Assembly: GCA_011369445.1 (NCBI GenBank)
Contig: DRQF01000120.1
Location: forward strand, 847 to 64,846
Source: Planctomycetota bacterium
GTDB taxonomy: Bacteria > Planctomycetota > GCA-002687715 > DRQF01
DNA length: 64,000 bases
Reading direction: 5' to 3'
Of the stretch, positions 28,278 to 37,492 are shown in pieces. The stretch's first letter is position 1, and each line of letters starts with the position of its first letter. The notes below the pieces were generated by a model. That model was given only the letters and a program-made list of their open reading frames with translations. It was not told the DNA's origin and made no database searches. The translations under genes were made by a program, and so were the position numbers.

Positions 28278-29230
28278 GCCCCCCAGAAGTCTCCCGCCGC
28301 CGCCTGCGGATCGCGATTCGAGTTCTCGTCAGCGCGGCTCTCCTCGTCCTCGTCTTCCAGCTCGTCGAGCCGAAGCACCTCCTCGCGGCTCTTCGGCGCT
28401 GTTCTGTCACCGCGTGGACCCTCTCCCTGCTCGCCTTCGTCCTCCTCCACATGGCATCCGCCATGAAGTGGAGGCTCTTTCTCTCCCTGGCGGGCGTGAA
28501 GCTCACGGCGGGCGACGCCCTTTCCTGTTACGCCGCCGGTCTTTTCGCGAACCTCTGCCTGCCTTCCCTTCTGGGCGGCGACGTGGTGCGCGCGGGCCTG
28601 CTCTTCTCGAAGGGTCACAGGCCCTCCAGGCTGGTGGTGGCGGGATTGGCCGACCGCCTCTCGGACATCCTGGCCTTGGGCCTCCTCATCCTCCTTGGCG
28701 CGGGATTCTCCTGGGGAGCCCTCCCACGAGAACTCGTGGAGAGCCGATGGACCCTGGCACTCCTCCCCCTCATCGCCCTCAGTGCGCTCGTCGCGGCATT
28801 TGTTCTCTTGGGCCGTCTCCCGTACCGGCGGCTCCCGAGATCGGCGGCGAAACCGCTTTTGGGCCTCGCCAAGGGGGCACGAACGCTCGCCCGTCGACCA
28901 GGTCTCGCCGCGGCCGGACTCGCAGTCAGTCTGACCCTCCAGACGGGTTTCGTTCTCGTCAATCTCGGGCTCGGCCGGGCTCTCGGCATGAGTCTCTCCA
29001 ACGGGTTGTGGTTTCTCCTCTGGCCCCTCGCAAAGGTGGCCGCCATGGCGCCCCTGAGTCTGGGCGGCCTGGGTGTGCGGGAGGCGGCCTTCGCGGCCCT
29101 CACATCCGTCTTCGGGGACTCCAGGCTCGCCGTCGCGGAATCGCTGGTCTGGGAGTCGATCCTCTTCGCGGGCGGTCTCGTCGGCGGGCTGTTTTTCCTG
29201 ATACGGCCGCCGAAGGAGCGAGCGTCGTGA
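28265..29230 (+). CDS. Lysylphosphatidylglycerol-synthase TM-domain protein (putative flippase)
   Basis: KWR..L, NLCLPSLLGGDVVR, DR, PLSLGGLGVRE motifs; polytopic. Confidence 0.85.
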   Translation: MAQVGPPEVSRRRLRIAIRVLVSAALLVLVFQLVEPKHLLAALRRCSVTAWTLSLLAFVLLHMASAMKWRLFLSLAGVKLTAGDALSCYAAGLFANLCLPSLLGGDVVRAGLLFSKGHRPSRLVVAGLADRLSDILALGLLILLGAGFSWGALPRELVESRWTLALLPLIALSALVAAFVLLGRLPYRRLPRSAAKPLLGLAKGARTLARRPGLAAAGLAVSLTLQTGFVLVNLGLGRALGMSLSNGLWFLLWPLAKVAAMAPLSLGGLGVREAAFAALTSVFGDSRLAVAESLVWESILFAGGLVGGLFFLIRPPKERAS

Positions 29231-30651
29231 GCCGAGAGCGCAAAGATTTCCTCCTCCTCCTCGTCCTCGCCGCCGTCGTGCGCATCCCGGGGCTCGACAC
29301 GGGTCTGTGGTTCGACGAAATCCAGATGGGTGCCGAACTCCTGGGGCGCTCCTTCCGGGACCTGCTTACCGCCTACCCCTCCGACAACAATCACCCTGGC
29401 TACACCTGGTTGGCGTGGCTGAGCACGCACCTTTTCGGCGGCGCCCCCTGGGTCGTTCGGCTTCCGGCCTACGTGGCGGGCGTTTTCTCCCCCTTCGCTC
29501 TTTATCGCTTCATCCGTCGCGTCGACCAGCGGGAGACGGCCCTCACGGCCGCGGTGCTCCTGGCCATCTCCAGCCACGCGGTCATGTTTTCGCAGAACGC
29601 GCGGGGCTACAGTGCCCTCCTTCTCCTCACGATCCTCGCCACCGACACGTACCACAAGCTCGTAACCGAGAACGATCGCAGGGCTGGGTTCCCCTACGCC
29701 TTGAAGGTGGGGCTCGCCACCTGGTTCCACACAACGGCCGTCTTCGTGGCCCTCGGCCACGCCCTCGTCGCCCTTCCAAGGTGCCTGCGCCGCAAGACGT
29801 ACCACCCCCTCGCGGCGCTGGTCGGTGCGGGATTCGTCTCTCTCTTGCTGCATGCTCCGATCCTTCGCCCCATGTGGCAGTTCTTCTCCGCGGCCGAAAC
29901 GGGGCGCGGAGATTGGGACTGGACACGCCCCTTCTGGGCTTTGCAGGAGTCCCTCCAAAGCTTCGGCGTGCCGCTTTGGGCCGTCGTGCCGGCCCTGGCC
30001 GCGGGGTTTTTCACCTTCGTCTTGGGGCTTCGACATCTGGCACGGCTCGACCGCCCTCTTCCCGCACTGCTCTTCCTGCCGCCCGTCCTCGGGGGGACCT
30101 TCCTCGTCCTTGCCGGCCGCAACCTCTGGCCCCGGTTCTTCTTCTTCGCGACCGGGTTCTTCTTGTGGGCCTCCGTGACAGGCATCGACGCCCTGGCTCG
30201 GATGACGGCCCGCGCCCTCGGTCGCGCCCACCTCGCACCGGTGCTGAGGCGGGGCGCCCTCGTTCTCATGGGGGTTATCCTCGCGTGGAGGCTTCCCGCG
30301 GTCTGGACCCTCCCGAAACAGGACTACGTCGGAGCCCTGAGCGCCGTCCGCGCACGCGCGGCGGATGGAGATCTCATCGGCGCAGCAGGCCTCGCCGTCC
30401 TGCCGTACCAAGCGTATTACGACGAGAAACTTCCCGAGATCACGGGACGCAACATCAGCGAGATCGCATCCCACCTGGCGCCAAAAAGATCGCTGTGGGT
30501 CCTCACCACTTTCCCCGTGTTCACCGAGAGCAAAGACCCCGAGCTCGCGCGGTGGCTTTCCACGCATGCTCGCCTCGTCGCGCGGCGCCGGGGACTGATC
30601 GGCGGCGGGGACATCCTCATCTACCGGGTGTCGTCGCCCCCGGGCAGATAG
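29227..30651 (+). CDS. GT-C fold (PMT/ArnT-like) membrane glycosyltransferase
   Basis: GTGA overlap start; LWFDE, NHPGY, RLP, SQNARGY. The upstream extension of ORF 28414 is spurious. Confidence 0.82.
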   Translation: MSRERKDFLLLLVLAAVVRIPGLDTGLWFDEIQMGAELLGRSFRDLLTAYPSDNNHPGYTWLAWLSTHLFGGAPWVVRLPAYVAGVFSPFALYRFIRRVDQRETALTAAVLLAISSHAVMFSQNARGYSALLLLTILATDTYHKLVTENDRRAGFPYALKVGLATWFHTTAVFVALGHALVALPRCLRRKTYHPLAALVGAGFVSLLLHAPILRPMWQFFSAAETGRGDWDWTRPFWALQESLQSFGVPLWAVVPALAAGFFTFVLGLRHLARLDRPLPALLFLPPVLGGTFLVLAGRNLWPRFFFFATGFFLWASVTGIDALARMTARALGRAHLAPVLRRGALVLMGVILAWRLPAVWTLPKQDYVGALSAVRARAADGDLIGAAGLAVLPYQAYYDEKLPEITGRNISEIASHLAPKRSLWVLTTFPVFTESKDPELARWLSTHARLVARRRGLIGGGDILIYRVSSPPGR

Positions 30652-32108
30652 AGGAAAACCCCCACGGCATCGTCCAGCCAGACAAAGCGGGCGAGGGTGC
30701 GGCCGGCGGTGATGCGGCGCAGCACCGCCTTCGAGACTCCGAACCTTCGGGGATCCACCTTGCGCGTGACGAGGACCACACCGCGGCCATCGTCGGGGGG
30801 AATGTCCGCGGGCGGGACGGCTCGGACCTTTGGCGCCAGAAGTTTCCAGACCTCGATGGGGTCATAATGCCCGGGCTGCCGCATCAGTGCGGTGTAGTGG
30901 ACATCGTCCCCCGCCCCCCATTCACGGGCGAGGTTGACAGCGCCCCGCAGATCCTCTCTGGGACGTCCCGCGACCTGCCCGGCAGCCATCAGTCCCAAGG
31001 CGCCAAGGAGGAGGAGCATCGTCGTGCGTCGGCGCGCCTTTGGACTGCCTTCGATCAGAACGGCGACCAGGACGGCCCAAACCCAGGCCACGGTCGCGAA
31101 GTACTGGACGGGAAGCCGTTTCCAGACCTCGACGGACGCCACGGCGGTGAGCACAAAGCCGAGGAAGCCTGTCGAGAGGATCGCCAACAGCCCCCGTTCG
31201 CCCGGAAGGCGACGACCACGCAGAAGATCACGGCCGGCGCGAACGAGGAATAGCAGCATCACCGCCCAGCCGGCGGCCACCAGTCCGAAACCGAGGCCCC
31301 CCAGCCCTCGGAGCGACGGCGTCAAGACACGGGGCGCCCCCTGAAGGAGCTGAGGCAGCACACTGGGCGTTGCGGGCGCGGACTCGACGGAGGCGCCGGG
31401 TGTGGCGTGCTCATTGCGAAAAAACCTGGAGGGGTCGTGGAGGAGCCAACTCTCTGACGTGAAGATCCAGGGCAGAAAGAGCAGGACGCCTGTGCCCCCC
31501 GCGAGCATGAGTCGCTGCAGCGAAAGAACGCCTCGCGGACGGCTCAGTAATCTCGCGGCGCCCAGCGCCACGACGGGGACCGCCATCAGGTAGTGCACGT
31601 AGAGACCGCAAGCCACCGCGCCGGCGAAGACGGCCATTCGAATCCTCTCCGAGCCCCGTTTGCCGAGTCCCGCCCAAAGGGCGATGACCGCGAAAACCTG
31701 GAGCCAAGCGTAGGGTCTGAGCTCGACGCCGTAGCGGATCTGGAAGGGGGCCAAAAGCAGGGTCGCCGCGAGCGCCATGAGGGCCGCGCGGCCGAATCCC
31801 CACTGCCGAAGGAGATCCACGAGAAAGGGAATCGCCAAGAGGCCTGTCACAAGCGGGATCCATCGCAAGGACTCGACGGAGCCGCTCCCCCACGGCATCA
31901 GCGCGATGTAGAAGAGGGGAGCGTGCACGTCATGGCGAATCAACTCGATGAGGTCTCCCACACCCGCCTGGCGCGCCAACTGCATCGTGTGGAGTTCGTC
32001 CAGCCACACGCTCTTTCCGGCCTCGACGACACGAGCAAGAACCCCTGCCACCACGGCCGCGACCGCGAAGCTGAATGGAACCCGATTCCTTGTCCTCGGC
32101 GCGGTCAC
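30621..32108 (-). CDS. Second GT-C fold (PMT/ArnT-like) membrane glycosyltransferase
   Basis: VWLDE, DVHAPLFY, ELRPYA, HY motifs; GTG start overlaps the Nif3 stop (GTGA). Confidence 0.8.
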   Translation of the reverse strand: MTAPRTRNRVPFSFAVAAVVAGVLARVVEAGKSVWLDELHTMQLARQAGVGDLIELIRHDVHAPLFYIALMPWGSGSVESLRWIPLVTGLLAIPFLVDLLRQWGFGRAALMALAATLLLAPFQIRYGVELRPYAWLQVFAVIALWAGLGKRGSERIRMAVFAGAVACGLYVHYLMAVPVVALGAARLLSRPRGVLSLQRLMLAGGTGVLLFLPWIFTSESWLLHDPSRFFRNEHATPGASVESAPATPSVLPQLLQGAPRVLTPSLRGLGGLGFGLVAAGWAVMLLFLVRAGRDLLRGRRLPGERGLLAILSTGFLGFVLTAVASVEVWKRLPVQYFATVAWVWAVLVAVLIEGSPKARRRTTMLLLLGALGLMAAGQVAGRPREDLRGAVNLAREWGAGDDVHYTALMRQPGHYDPIEVWKLLAPKVRAVPPADIPPDDGRGVVLVTRKVDPRRFGVSKAVLRRITAGRTLARFVWLDDAVGVFLYLPGGDDTR

Positions 32109-33223
32109 CACGTCTTCAGGGGACTCTCGTCCCGTCGCGAGACCACCCACCGGACGCGCCTCTCGCAAGCCTCCTCCAGCCGAGATCGAAAGTGCCGCAG
32201 ATAGCCTCGCTCCGTATGGGTGTGCTCACTGAGAACCACGTGGATTCCCCGCTCGGTGGCGGCAAGAACATCATGATGACGCATCTCTCCGGTCAACCAC
32301 AGATCGGCGGAAACACCTGTGAGCATCGAGCCCCCGGCGCCCGCGCACAACGCCACGGTCGAGATCTTCCGAGCCCCCAGCGGGGACTCCGCAACGCGAA
32401 GATGGGAGAGTCCCAGGTGCTCCTTCACGCGTCGCACCACGGTGGAAAGGGTCACGGGTCGGGCGAGTCGAACGAGGCGGCCTGCGCCCACGTCCTCTCT
32501 CGGGCGAGCGCTGAGCTCGTAGATATCGAAGGCCGGTTCTTCGTAGGGATGCACCCTTCGGATGACGCGCACGGCCTCGTTCACCGCCCTTCTCGGCATC
32601 ACCATCTCTAAGCGCACCTCGTCCACCTCCTCGAGGCGCTCCGGTTGCCCCACGGCGGGACGGCATTCCGGAGCTCCGCGAAACGAACCCGTCCCTTCGA
32701 CGCCGAAGGAGCAAAGATCGTAGAGCCCGATCCGTCCCAAGCCCACGTCTCCCAGAGCCTCCCTCAGGGCGGGAACAACCCTTCTCGGGGTGAAGACGAC
32801 GAGTTTCATCTCTTGCCCCTGTGGATGCTCCGATAGTGGAATCAGGGGTTCCGACTTCGCCTTGGGAAACGCCTCCACGAGCCAATCGTTGATCCCTCCC
32901 GGCGCCGCATCGAGGGCCGTATGAGGGGAGTAGACCGAGATCCCCTTTTCGACCAAGGTCAGGGCGACCCCCTCTTTCGGGACGTCGCGACGCAGAGCCG
33001 CCAGCGGCTCGAAGATGAAGGGGTGATACGAGACGACGGCTTCCGCGCCGGCCTCCACGACCTCATCAGCGACGGCACGGGTGAGGTCGATGGTGAGATA
33101 GGCCTGACGAATCCGACGCTTCCGTCCCTCGATTTGAACCCCCACCTTGTCCCAGCTCTCAGCAAAGCGGAGAGGAGCCAGCGATTCCAGGACGGCGATC
33201 CATTCTTTCCACGACATGCTCAT
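32105..33223 (-). CDS. Nif3-like dinuclear metal centre protein with PII-like insertion (YqfO-type)
   Basis: AESWDKVG, YHPFIF, HTALD, HPYEEPAFD, TGEMRHHD, HTHTER. Confidence 0.93.
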   Translation of the reverse strand: MSMSWKEWIAVLESLAPLRFAESWDKVGVQIEGRKRRIRQAYLTIDLTRAVADEVVEAGAEAVVSYHPFIFEPLAALRRDVPKEGVALTLVEKGISVYSPHTALDAAPGGINDWLVEAFPKAKSEPLIPLSEHPQGQEMKLVVFTPRRVVPALREALGDVGLGRIGLYDLCSFGVEGTGSFRGAPECRPAVGQPERLEEVDEVRLEMVMPRRAVNEAVRVIRRVHPYEEPAFDIYELSARPREDVGAGRLVRLARPVTLSTVVRRVKEHLGLSHLRVAESPLGARKISTVALCAGAGGSMLTGVSADLWLTGEMRHHDVLAATERGIHVVLSEHTHTERGYLRHFRSRLEEACERRVRWVVSRRDESPLKTW

Positions 33224-33305
33224 GGCTGCACCTTGGCCACGAAGCGACAGCGGGTCAAGACCGCGGCATGGGCCAGGCGTCGAAACGTCGCTAAGCTCCC
33301 CCACC

Positions 33306-33956
33306 ATGAAGCGGAAGATCATCCAGGGACTCGAATGCCGCTGGGAGGTGGCCGCCGGTTGGGAGGAGCCGCTGGGCGTCTGGGTGCCCGTGGATCAGGA
33401 TTCCCTCCTGGCCGAGTTGGAGGGCGATACCTTCGAGCGCACCGACGAAAAGATGCCGTACTTCGCCACCCTTTGGCCCACCGCCCATCGCTTGGCACGA
33501 AAGGTCGCGAAAGGGCCTTCACTGGAGGGCCTTCGCGTGCTGGATCTCGGCTGCGGGGTGGGACTCGTGGGGTTGGCGGCCGCCCGACAAGGGGCGCACG
33601 TGACGTTCCTCGACTGGGAGAGCCGCGCCCTCGCCCTCGTGGACGACGCCGCACGGGAAAACGGCCTCCACGTGGAGAGAATGGTGGCTGCGGATTGGCG
33701 CGATCCCCCCGACCTCCCCCTCTTCGATGTGATCCTCGCCGCCGACGTCCTCTACGAGACCCGCAACCTGAAACCCGTGGGCGAGTTCATTCGAACCCAC
33801 CTGGCCCCCGGAGGCACGGCCTGGGTTGCCGACCCGGGACGCCCGCAGGCCAGAGGTTTTCCGGTGGCGGCGAGAGAATCAGGGCTCGAGGTGGAGGTGA
33901 CGGAGGAGGACGGGCGACCGACGTTCCGTATCACTCCGGCCGAGCCCGCCCCCTGA
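33306..33956 (+). CDS. Class I SAM methyltransferase (family 16, protein-lysine MTase-like)
   Basis: PYFATLWP, VLDLGCGVGLVG, FDVILAADVLYE, DPGR. Confidence 0.85.
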   Translation: MKRKIIQGLECRWEVAAGWEEPLGVWVPVDQDSLLAELEGDTFERTDEKMPYFATLWPTAHRLARKVAKGPSLEGLRVLDLGCGVGLVGLAAARQGAHVTFLDWESRALALVDDAARENGLHVERMVAADWRDPPDLPLFDVILAADVLYETRNLKPVGEFIRTHLAPGGTAWVADPGRPQARGFPVAARESGLEVEVTEEDGRPTFRITPAEPAP

Positions 33957-33959
33957 CCC

Positions 33960-36650
33960 TCAGATCATGAGAGGATCGATCTTGTCCGGGTCGATGTCGG
34001 ATTCCGCGATCGCGCGACGCACCTCATCGGGTTCGCCCTCTCCGCAGCGAACGAAAGCTTCGAGGGACGCCACGACGATGCTCTCGGTATCCACCTCGAA
34101 GTGCCGGCGAAGTGCTTCCCGCGTATCGCTCATCCCGTAGCCGTCTGTTCCCAACGGAATGAACACACCGTCCACCCAGCGGACGATCTGTTCCGGCACC
34201 ATCTTCATGTAGTCGCTGGCCGCGACGATGGGTCCGTCGATCTCAGCCAGGCACCTCTCGAGATAACTGACGCGCCTCTCCTCTGCGGGATGAAGACGGT
34301 TCCATCGCTCACATTCGAGGGCCTCCTTGCGCAACTGCTGATAGCTCGTGGCGCTCCAGACGTCGACACGCGCGTCGTGTTTTTTCTCGAGAATGTCGGC
34401 AGCCTCGAGGGCGTGATTGAGAATCGTGTCGCTCCCGAACAGATGCAGACGACGTCCCTCGTTCTTCGTCGAAGCGCGATAGCGGTAGAGCCCTTTCAAG
34501 ATGCCCTCCTCGATGCCGTCTCCTTCCGGCATCGCGGGCATCTCGTAGTTCTCGTTCTGCACCGTGATGTAGTAGAAGATGTCCTCGTTATTCTCGTACA
34601 TCCTCCGCATTCCATCCTTCACGATGACCGCAATCTCGTACGCGAATGCCGGATCGTAAGCCATGACGTTCGGCACGGTGGTAGCGAGCAGGTGGCTGTG
34701 ACCGTCCTCGTGCTGAAGTCCCTCGCCATTCAGAGTCGTTCGACCGGCCGTGGCCCCCACGAGGAACCCCCGGCCTCGAATGTCGCCCAACGCCCAGATG
34801 AGGTCGCCGATCCTCTGGAACCCGAACATGGAGTAGAAGATGAAAAACGGGATCGTGGGTTGGCCGTGCGTGGCATAGGAGGTCGCGGCGGCCGTGAACG
34901 AGCTCATGGCGCCCGCCTCGGTGATGCCCTCCTCGAGGATCTGGCCGTCCGGCATCTCCCGGTAGTACAGCAGCATGTTGCGGTCGATGGGCTCGTACCT
35001 CTGCCCCCCCGCCGCATAGATTCCTATCATGCGGAAGAGGGGATCCATGCCGAAGGTCCTGGCCTCGTCGGGGACGATGGGAACGAGACGGCGCCCGACC
35101 TTCTTGTCCTTCAACAGCTTGGTCAACAAGCGGACGAAGGCCATGGTCGTCGAAACCCCGCGCCCCGGACGCCCGCCTGCACGAAACTCCTCGTAGACGT
35201 CCTCATCGGGAAGGTCGATGGGAACGGCCCATTGAGAGCGCCGCTCCGGTACGAATCCGCCAAGTGCGATGCGGCGATCCCTGAGATACCGGACCTCAGG
35301 GCTGTTCTCGCCCGGGTGGAAAAACGGCGCGTCGATGAGTTCAGAATCTTCGATCGGCAGCCGCAGGCGATCTCGGAAGATCTTGAGCTGCTCCACCGTG
35401 AGTTTCTTCATCTGGTGGGTGACGTTGCTGGCCTCGAACCCTTCCCCCAAGGTCCAACCCTTGACGGTATGGGCCAAGATGCAGGTGGGAGCGTCCTCGG
35501 ACGTCGTCGCCATCTTGTAGGCCGCATTGATCTTCGCAGCGTCATGTCCGCCGCGGCGCAGGCGAAGGATCCTCTCGTCACTGATTCCTTCGATGCATTT
35601 CAGCATCCGTGGGTCCTGTGCGAAGAAGCGCTCACGGGTGTAGCTTCCCGATTCCGTGCCGTACTTCTGCCACTCCCCATCGACGACACGATTGAGAGCG
35701 TCCACGAGGATGCCTTCTTTGTCCTTCGCAAAGATCGGGTCCCAGTCGCGCCCCCAGATCACCTTGATCACCTGCCATCCGGCGCCGCGGAAGACCCGCT
35801 CCAGCTCCTGGATGATCTTGCCGTTGCCGCGCACCGGGCCGTCGAGGCGCTGGAGGTTGCAATTGATGACGAAGGTCAGGTTATTCAGTTTCTCCCTGGC
35901 CGCGATGGAAAGCGAGCCCAGGGATTCCGGCTCGTCCGATTCCCCGTCTCCCATGAAACACCACACCCTCTGGTTCGAGGTGTCCTTGATGCCCCGGGCC
36001 AGAAGGTAGCGATTGAAACGCGCCTGGTAGATGGCCGTGAGGGGACCGATGCCCATGGAGACAGTGGGAAACTCCCAGAAATCCGGCATGAGCCTCGGGT
36101 GCGGGTAGGACGAGAGCCCCCGACCACGCTCGACCTCCCTGCGGAAATGTTCGAGTTGGTCCGCGGACAGTCGCCCCTCGAGAAAAGCCCGCGCGTAGAT
36201 TCCCGGTGCGCCGTGTCCCTGGATGAAGATCTGATCTCCGCCGCCGGGAGCGTCCTTGCCTCGGAAGTAGTGGTGGAAGCCTACATCGTAGAGAGTCGCT
36301 GACGAGGCGTAGGTGGACATGTGTCCACCGATTCCCGGAAACAATTTGTTCGCCCGGGCCACCATGACGGCGGCATTCCAGCGGTTGATCCGCCGGATGC
36401 GGCGTTCGAGTTCCTCATCGCCCGGATACGGCGGGTCGTCCTCAGGAGGAATCGTGTTCACATAGTCCGTATTGAGAATGTTGGGCGGCACGGCCCCGCG
36501 GTTTCGCGCCTCCTCGATGAGCTTGGACAAAAGGAACCTCCCCCGGGGGGTTCCGTCGTGCTCCAGAACGGCCTCGAAGGCCTCCAACCATTCCTGGGTC
36601 TCGGCCGGGTCAATATCGTGATGATCCTGCATCTCCACCTCCGCGCGCAT
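33960..36650 (-). CDS. aceE: Pyruvate dehydrogenase E1, homodimeric type
   Basis: DIDPAETQEW, GGHMSTY, SSYPHPRLMPDFWEFPTVSMG, GDGESDEPES, QRLDGPVRGNGKIIQELE, GEGLQHEDG. Confidence 0.97.
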   Translation of the reverse strand: MRAEVEMQDHHDIDPAETQEWLEAFEAVLEHDGTPRGRFLLSKLIEEARNRGAVPPNILNTDYVNTIPPEDDPPYPGDEELERRIRRINRWNAAVMVARANKLFPGIGGHMSTYASSATLYDVGFHHYFRGKDAPGGGDQIFIQGHGAPGIYARAFLEGRLSADQLEHFRREVERGRGLSSYPHPRLMPDFWEFPTVSMGIGPLTAIYQARFNRYLLARGIKDTSNQRVWCFMGDGESDEPESLGSLSIAAREKLNNLTFVINCNLQRLDGPVRGNGKIIQELERVFRGAGWQVIKVIWGRDWDPIFAKDKEGILVDALNRVVDGEWQKYGTESGSYTRERFFAQDPRMLKCIEGISDERILRLRRGGHDAAKINAAYKMATTSEDAPTCILAHTVKGWTLGEGFEASNVTHQMKKLTVEQLKIFRDRLRLPIEDSELIDAPFFHPGENSPEVRYLRDRRIALGGFVPERRSQWAVPIDLPDEDVYEEFRAGGRPGRGVSTTMAFVRLLTKLLKDKKVGRRLVPIVPDEARTFGMDPLFRMIGIYAAGGQRYEPIDRNMLLYYREMPDGQILEEGITEAGAMSSFTAAATSYATHGQPTIPFFIFYSMFGFQRIGDLIWALGDIRGRGFLVGATAGRTTLNGEGLQHEDGHSHLLATTVPNVMAYDPAFAYEIAVIVKDGMRRMYENNEDIFYYITVQNENYEMPAMPEGDGIEEGILKGLYRYRASTKNEGRRLHLFGSDTILNHALEAADILEKKHDARVDVWSATSYQQLRKEALECERWNRLHPAEERRVSYLERCLAEIDGPIVAASDYMKMVPEQIVRWVDGVFIPLGTDGYGMSDTREALRRHFEVDTESIVVASLEAFVRCGEGEPDEVRRAIAESDIDPDKIDPLMI

Positions 36651-36677
36651 CATATCCGGCGGGGCTTCCCCCGCAAC

Positions 36678-37490
36678 TCATGGGCCCAGCACTCTTTCCA
36701 TGAGCGCGAGCAATCCATCGGGGTTGTCCACATGCAGCCAATGCCCGGCATCAGCCAAGAGATGGCGAGAGACGTGAGGAAGCCCACTCAGCCCGGCCAT
36801 CCGTTCCACCTCGGCCGGAGACCAACGGTCGCTGTCCACGGCACGCACGAGGTCGAAGTGCACTCCCGCCGGTGGCGCCTCCAGAAGGTCGAACTCGTCC
36901 CTCGACCAGTAGTCCGCAAGGAGCGCTCGAATGCCCTCGGGGTCGAAGGACCAGGTCCAACGGCCGACTCCGTCCTTCTTCAGATTCGTCGACATCCAGC
37001 CGGCGAGGCTCTTCGAGAAACCCTTCGCGCGAAGGTTCTCCGCCACTTCGCTCCTGCGCTCCACGGGCACAGGAATCGCGGAGACGGCTTCGATCACCCG
37101 CGCCACTTCCGACGTCCCCCTCGCGTCCTCCGGTACCGCGCTCAGTGGACAGTCGAGAATCAAGACGCGCTCGAGTCCGCGAGGCCCACGTCGCGCGTAC
37201 TCCATGGCCACCTTGCCGCCGAAAGAGTGTCCGGCGACGGCGTTCACGCCGACGCCGAGTTCCGCCAGGTCTCGGGCCGCGGTGGAGAGAGTATGCGGAG
37301 GGGGAGCACCAAGTGACTGACCGTGATTTCTGAGGTCCACCGTGAGGACACGCCACCCGGGCAGGTCATCGACGAGGCGGCGCGCAAAACTCCGCCAGTT
37401 TCGAAGGTTTCCCATGATGCCGTGCAGCACGAGCAGCACCTTGGGCGCACTCGGGTCCCCAACCCATTCGTGATTGAGCCGAAATTCCAT
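36678..37490 (-). CDS. Alpha/beta hydrolase (YbfF/ABHD11-like esterase)
   Basis: LHGIMG, DLRNHG, GHSFGGK nucleophile elbow, AGHWLHVDNP. Confidence 0.9.
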   Translation of the reverse strand: MEFRLNHEWVGDPSAPKVLLVLHGIMGNLRNWRSFARRLVDDLPGWRVLTVDLRNHGQSLGAPPPHTLSTAARDLAELGVGVNAVAGHSFGGKVAMEYARRGPRGLERVLILDCPLSAVPEDARGTSEVARVIEAVSAIPVPVERRSEVAENLRAKGFSKSLAGWMSTNLKKDGVGRWTWSFDPEGIRALLADYWSRDEFDLLEAPPAGVHFDLVRAVDSDRWSPAEVERMAGLSGLPHVSRHLLADAGHWLHVDNPDGLLALMERVLGP

Positions 37491-37492
37491 CC

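Noticed and set aside
28414-29226. Extension of the GT-C ORF to 745 aa
   Set aside because: Alternate-frame read-through over the flippase-like gene; the GTGA-coupled start at 29227 is more plausible.
34101-36302. Long antisense ORFs (733 aa here; similar ones at 23543-25417, 28615-30567, 18815-20551)
   Set aside because: Expected stop-poor shadow frames opposite real genes in high-GC DNA.
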